64,000 bases of DNA. Origin: Lingula anatina. Its lineage: Eukaryota > Animalia > Brachiopoda. The position numbers and the translations under genes are program-made. Of the stretch, positions 57,304 through 64,000 are shown one piece after another. The first letter of the stretch is position 1. Each line of letters starts with the position of its first letter. The notes beneath the pieces were generated by a model. That model was not told the origin of the DNA, made no database searches, and saw only the letters and a program-made list of their open reading frames with translations. Where the stretch lies: the NCBI GenBank assembly GCA_051362555.1, contig CM120646.1:2790001-2854000 (forward strand). The letters are read 5' to 3'.

Positions 57304-60300
57304 ACTGGTAGATTTTTTTACCGCAGAGGTTTAATATAGCAGTTAGGGAGTGCTAAATCAAGGACGCTTCTTCGCGAATAATGTATAACCCGCATAAAAT
57401 TGTTCTGCCAAACTGGAATCTAACAACGCTCTGTATTAATTTAACTGCTGCGTGTATCGTATGAAATATGAAAACATTTTATAAAGCTGGTCATGGTTCA
57501 AATGAAGCTTTATAGAAATCAATGCTTTCTTAATGACCAGTTGGCCTTAATTGTATCTCTTAGGCAAATGTATCTTACCCGTTTTCCCATATTAAAGAGA
57601 AATTGCAGGATTCATACACATTTGGGATTTTTTTATGAATAGTTTCCAGTTTTATGTTACTTACACTAATTATCATCATTATTATTATCCTATCATCATC
57701 ATAATCATTATCTGAGGGCCAGTATTGTAGCTTATGATATTTAAAACGACGAACCCAATTTATGTAATACAGAGATTTTCCTGATGAAGACATCTAGCTC
57801 ACTCGCATGTGTCTCAGGGTGCTACAAACGCCTCATATATTTGCCGTGGGTTATTTTGCTCTTTATCTAAGCATACTGTGTTATAAATGTTTCCTACTGC
57901 CCGAAATATCTTGCTGGTTCTAAACTATCCGAGAAACACAGGGTTTCGAATCAGGCGCTACTTTTTTGGTGAGAATGTTTTCGTTGATAGGCATGCTGCG
58001 ATACTCAGGACGAAAATACGTGTTCTCATTTTTGTATACGATAAATGCAGAATATATCTAATCTGTTTGATAAAATCAGGCTTCTAAATCCAGGTCATAT
58101 TTTCTGGGTATCGGCTGTTAGTATACAAGGTCAGCTCTGAGCCCGTGCCTGTATGCGTTACGATATATTATGTTTTGTTATGTTACTGTATCACCTGGAA
58201 CGCTACTCATCTTCGTAACTAGGCACGCTGTGCCGAGTACCGAAGTATTGGTGGCTTATTTAAATACGCCTGGTTAACCGAAGGCTACATTTAGAGGGTG
58301 GATGTGTGTCAAGTTTTGGTTATAGTCCTTGACGAGAGTCTTTTTTTTTTCACACTGACTACCAGTGACATGAACTTTTCAGTTGTTACCAGTCTACCAT
58401 TCCAGACTGTTATTTTGATAATTTCTGACTAGTCTCTAAATTACAGACACGAGGAAATTGCCTTTTTATTTCCATTAGTTCAAATTTAACAGTGCCGAAC
58501 ACTAAATTGTTTTGGTCATCGCTGAATCATAGTAGTATTTTTATTGCGATTCAGATTCTAGGGTTCTGCAATAGAATTAATTTGCTATCTCCTCTTCAGC
58601 TTGTTTATAGCTCGTTTTTCAGTGGTGCCGTTGAGTCAGAGATTGCAAAGTGTCGGTTAGAACGTCAGCGTGTGTTATTTCAACTTTCTGCTATCTCATT
58701 GGCAACTCAAGTAGCGTTAGTGGGTTCGTTCAAACCCCTTTTAAATTGAAAACAGTGTGACTCTGCAACTGACGTCATCAACCCCTGAACATTTTGCTTG
58801 AAATAGGATTAAGAACATTCAAATCTCCCTTTAGATCTGTTCATCTCAGGTAGTGCACACTTCTAGCACGACCAAGTTAGAACTGCAATCTTCACACTCG
58901 CTGGAATAAAGACAACAAAATGTAGGCCTACATAATACACCCTGAAGGTTTCGGGAAGTTTTTTTTTCACTTCTGCTTTCGAAGTAGTTGACATGTGGCA
59001 TAAAGACTGTGGATAAAATTCGGTGAGCTTTGCGTAACCAATACATTTTTTTCTGTCTGCTTGTTGCAGCATTTTTTACCATTTTGTTTCATTTTGCTTA
59101 ACACGTTCTGCATTGTCTCGTTTATTCTTTCGATTTTGATTGCTATTCCGTAAACCGTTACAAAGCTGTGACTTCCAGATCTTTCTAATCTTTCTCATCT
59201 ATTCTATTACCTTCCAAAGAAACGATTACCCAACGTCTTTTATATGTACCAATGAGTATATTTAAGTGACTTTGTAACAAGTCATTTCTCTCCCGTGTAT
59301 ACATGTGGCTTATTATGTCTGTAATTCGCTCCAAATCGATCAAATTGCTCAGTGCAGACGAGCGTGATAATTATGTAATGGGGAAATGAGCTCGTGACCC
59401 CTCGGTGTCGTACTATACTCAAGGTTAATTTTAACCTCTGTGGATTATTTCATTTTTTATATATTTTGTGAAGGTACTATCAGATACAAACCTCGTGTAA
59501 AAAAAAGACCCTCATAGTACGTGCGGCCTTACTAATATAACCGGAACAACGACGACAAAAGGCGCATGCTCAGTGAAGTAAACAATGTAACTGTTATTAC
59601 TCGTATGATTGAGTAATATGCACGTGATATTATATTAGGTTGACCAATCGAAAACTAAATAAATCAATTATTAACAACATGATTCAGTTATTTGTTGATA
59701 TTGCTAAAGTGATCGAGGCTCGTCGAGATGTTTGGTATTGGGATTATTTTGTTATAATTATTTCCCCACTCATTACCCTTTAACCTGTATCTTTCCTAGC
59801 ATCTCGAACACTGTAATTTCATCTATGACAGGAAATTTGTACCACGTAATTCTCTCAGTTATTCGCATTATATTACTGTATCTCCAAAGACATTATCAAA
59901 ACAACCCTCGGTCTAGTTTGCTCGATCCGTCCTACTGTAAAAAAAAGCGCTATGACTTTCAGTTGTGACATTGCTTGGCCTACATGCGACATTCATGTGG
60001 ACTTAAAGGCAGTTTTTATACAAGTTTTACCCACAAGTTTCATTCCTCATCCTCGTGCTCGGGAATGATCAGAATGTGAAGACCGCGTGCTACCCAGCTG
60101 TGTGGATTTATCAATAATCAATCAAACAAAAAATGTGTTGACAATTGGGTAAAATTTCGTCGTTGATTCAACCATAAGTTTATACGGATAAGTCAATCGT
60201 TTGTCGTCATCATTCTTGAGATTTCATATTCAATGTGCTTTTTATTCCTGTTTTTTTTTTTTTTCTTGATTTTTAACATCAAAACTTCTCTGTTGTATAT

Positions 60301-60368
60301 CTCAAACATCTACATGTATCATCAGATCGTATATCCGAAGTTATAGGACGGAAGATTCTGTTGTAGAC

Positions 60369-60410
<42 letters not shown>

Positions 60411-61023
60411 TTTATATTCATGCATAAAGACAATGTAATTGGACATTATTTGTAATTTCTGATGAGTCGGGGGTAATTTATCAGGAAAGATAATTTAGTT
60501 ATGGAACGGATTTAAGTTTAGGTTGCAATTATCAATCTGCAAGATCCGGGAGACAAAATCCCGTGATTAATCGGCCGTAAAGTTAATTTACTGTTCATTA
60601 TTACTTCCTTATCTCTTGGGGGAATTTTTGTATTATTTCATATTTGCTATCACATGTATCACGAGAGCGAGTTAGTGTAAAACAATCCTTTTATGTGAGG
60701 AATTAATGCATCTGAAACCCAAGGGAGTTCATTTACAGTTGTTTCTGTTGGCCTCGGAGTAGATAACACTCTTGTATTTCTATAGACGCTTTTCTAGGAA
60801 ATAGTATCAAATTTGAAACATGAAATCTTTACGCACTGCAACTCTGCAATCTACTTGGGGGGGGGGGGGGTGTCTTTATCGGTGAAATATGGTACTTCTG
60901 GAATCTATCGGCCTATTTCCATTTACCCAACAACATAATGCTCTTCGTGACGGCCAATAACGACTTGCTGTGTTCTGTTTCAAATTGCGAAGTGAAGTGT
61001 TCTGCGGCACGCGCTCTCGACTT

Positions 61024-61158
61024 GTTACCATGGCAACGCGATGTTATCCATACTAATTAGTCCCCGTGGTCAATTATCCGCTTTATAATGACCACTGGCC
61101 GGAGTCATACGTAATATTTTTCCTTGAACAACCAATGTCGTTCCGTCGTCATGGAAAC
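61024..61158. promoter_or_regulatory. Pair of RFX X-boxes
   Basis: GTTACCATGGCAAC at 61024-61037 and GTCGTCATGGAAAC at 61145-61158, with CCAAT boxes at about 60954 and 61132. Confidence 0.55.
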
Positions 61159-61810
61159 CGGTAATAACACTTCGTCAGTTAATGTGTCTCTAGGCCAGTT
61201 TCTTAATTGAATGGTCGATTTGAAATCTTTCACTGTAAATGGTTCAATTGTGCCTGGATTTTGTTTTCTTCTATGGTCCAAGTGGGAACGTGTTGTGTTT
61301 TCTCTGTGTAAAGGTCTTTGGATGTAAACAATACGGATTGGGCAGCTTAATCGTGTCTTATTTGTAATAAAAAATACTACTGAATTCCAGCATATCTACT
61401 CGGCATATATGCATGAAAAATATCCTCATGATGTATTGTGGGAGGTTTGCGCTCTGTGACCCCCCCCCCCCCCCCCAACACAGAGAGAGAGAGGGACTCA
61501 ATCGCTATTTGCCATGGTCTACAGCATACAGTAATGCACACACAGAATTAACTTTTATGTTGGTGGCCGAGGTCATTTTTCTCCCCGAAAACGAAAACAT
61601 GGTATATCAGCCAGGCTGAATACCTGAGGTAACGCACCTGCATGCACCTGTAATCCTCTGAGGAGACCAAAGTAATTATCCCTGCTGTGGAGAGCGTACT
61701 ACCATAGAGCACAGTGACTGCGGGAGATCACTACCTGTAGGTCAGCGAGTGGCCAACTGCAGTGGTCATTATCATAGATCATTACTCCCTACCTATACTC
61801 TCTCTCTCAT

Positions 61811-61812
<2 letters not shown>

Positions 61813-61900
<88 letters not shown>
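61813..61900. repeat. Compound (CA)n-(CT)n microsatellite
   Basis: Read directly. Similar simple repeats lie at about 2947, 20624, 53685, 55208, 56567, 60372 and 63027. Confidence 0.9.
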
Positions 61901-61903
<3 letters not shown>

Positions 61904-63024
61904 CATTTGTTTGAGTGATACAGTTTTACGTTTCTTTGGCCAGCTGTTTATGTTTAAGTTTGATATATTCCGTGGAATGCGGGGTTATGATTTTATCATT
62001 ATTTCATACGGAATCTGAATGCAAGCTTGATGAGAACTTACTGCAGGTCTATCGCTTAAAGCTAAATACAAAATGTTTCAATTATATAGTTTCTTCAAAA
62101 CAGCACCTAAACTAAGAGTTATTTGCAGTCCAGTATACTGATATCTCTTCTTCAGGTAAAACCTTTTGCCCGAAAATTGTATTTGCAGTAGGTAAATGAT
62201 AGCTTTAGGTGGCTAAACCACGCTAATGTGCTCATCTTGTACTTTTACTTTTATCTGTAAAAAGCGTTCAGAAATAGCTCGAGATATCCAGTTAAGTAAC
62301 TGACCATAAATGTTAGTTCTCAGAACTTGATTATAAAGGTGTTAAATATTCTATCAAATGAGATGAATACGTTTACCTCGACATCTAGTTAAATTTGGAT
62401 AGAAAGACTGGATAATGTTTAGGATGAATTTGTACCTCATCAAAGTGTTCATAATATAATTTCTAACACGTGGAGTCAAATGGTATTATTAAGAGAAATT
62501 TCTTTTAAAGCAATAGTTGAATAGTTGTATATAAATGAAGGTTGGGACATACGTGAATAGCCATCGCGTTTCCAAGAAATGTTTTTCACATGTTTTTGAA
62601 CATAGGAAAAACAACACTGTATATGAATATAGCGCTGGGAACGTGAAACATCAACACCTAGCACCTCCACACAAAGAAGAAACAGTGTAACTATGCACAG
62701 CGCCACGCCTTTAAAAAATCCATATTAATTTTCTCACTATTAATCCAAGCTTAACTCCAGGAAACGCGACGCTGATCCATTTTAACCCCGTGAACCATGC
62801 CTTCAACTCAACAAATCGCATTTACTTTCCTACGTCGATGACCTTTTAGAAACGCTCTCAGGTAGGGACGCAATTTACCGGGAGGAGCAGCAGGCGCTAT
62901 ATTAAGTACCTTGATGAGTTTTCAGACTTGTATCGCCCTGCGTATCATCGTGATTAACGCGATTCTTCCACAGAGTTGCTAGCACTGTCGACGCCACTGA
63001 TGTTTCCTGGGTTTTCATACAAAA

Positions 63025-63057
<33 letters not shown>

Positions 63058-64000
63058 TGGGGGTTATATTATGAAAAAAAGACTCCTCTCAGTCGGTCGG
63101 TATGTCAGTACGTGCATGCTTTTTCGGGACGCTAAAGGAAAACGTAACCCCCTGCTTCTCCTGCATTCTCCCCTGGTCCTGTTTGCAATGAAATCGTACA
63201 GAAAAATGTCATTAAAAGCGTTTGCAACAAGCGAATAACACTTGAAAAAAAAAGATTAATCACGCTCCTCTTAGTTTACCCGAGGATTGGTCTTCCCAAA
63301 ATTAACAAACTCTTCACTGAAAAATATTTTGGTGAAGAAACCCGTCGAGTGACTTTGATATAGACACTCTCTGATATATTGAAAGTAGAGGCAAGGAACG
63401 CTACAGCCAGTGCTGTGCGGGGGTTTCAGTGAAGGGTATGTTATATATAAGGCATCTTAATGAGTCAGATTGAAAAACGAGAGCTATGTCTTTTAACCCA
63501 AGATAACCTGCAAGTTGTGCAATATGTGAGGGAAAATAGACTTCCTGATTTTAGAAGGGAGAATTCCTGGATAAATTGGCAGCTCATATGAGGAGCAGTT
63601 TTGCCCAGCGCATGTTTTTAAGGCACAGGTAAACGCCGTGACGACAGATTAAGCATTCACTAGCCTATATGAGGCATTTAGGCATTGCTCCAAAAGATCA
63701 GTCAGTGATTCTTACCATGATTCAAAACGTTACAAGTCTTGGAGATATAAAACGATGGGTCGTTTATTAACTTTGCTCGTGGCTGTCCATGGTACAGTAG
63801 AGTCTGCCATCATTCTTTTCTCAGTTTTTATTCAGTTCTCTCTCTCTCTCTCCTCTCTCTCTCTGCTTATGCTTTGTATTTAACTTCGAACAGCGTTTAT
63901 CTTACATGTTTGCTTAATTTCAGGTAATTAACTCTCTTCCTAATGTACATGTCGGGTGATTGTTCCACCTGCCTTGTGAACGACCTTTCAGTGGTGTCAC

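Noticed and set aside
58000-64000. Assorted ORFs of 60-90 aa and isolated splice-like sites
   Set aside because: No recognisable domain, no consistent acceptor-donor-phase chain, and several are microsatellite-derived.

Overview
AT-rich, intron-rich animal genomic DNA, probably an invertebrate (the repeat families suggest a mollusc or other lophotrochozoan, which is an inference). Four spliced protein-coding genes were reconstructed by hand with GT-AG junctions and consistent phases: eIF4B (minus, 866-21240, 17 core coding exons), LZTFL1/BBS17 (plus, 21702-29414, head-to-head with eIF4B), a pyruvate dehydrogenase kinase (minus, 33992-42197, tail-to-tail with LZTFL1) and CDV3 (plus, 46929-50652). 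After 55 kb there is a probable non-coding first exon of another plus-strand gene and a candidate 93-aa membrane microprotein ORF on the minus strand. Introns and intergenic DNA carry Helentron-type HINEs with nested tandem arrays, PIF/Harbinger-like and CMC-like MITEs, and a decayed TA-flanked DNA transposon. The most notable observations are a hidden alternative N-terminal eIF4B exon predicting an RRM-less isoform (or a poison exon), a tandem array of ERE-like palindromes next to it, FOXO/ERR/TATA promoter modules at PDK, and RFX X-boxes at LZTFL1 and near 61 kb. Most ORFs in the supplied six-frame track are spurious. No database searches were run.
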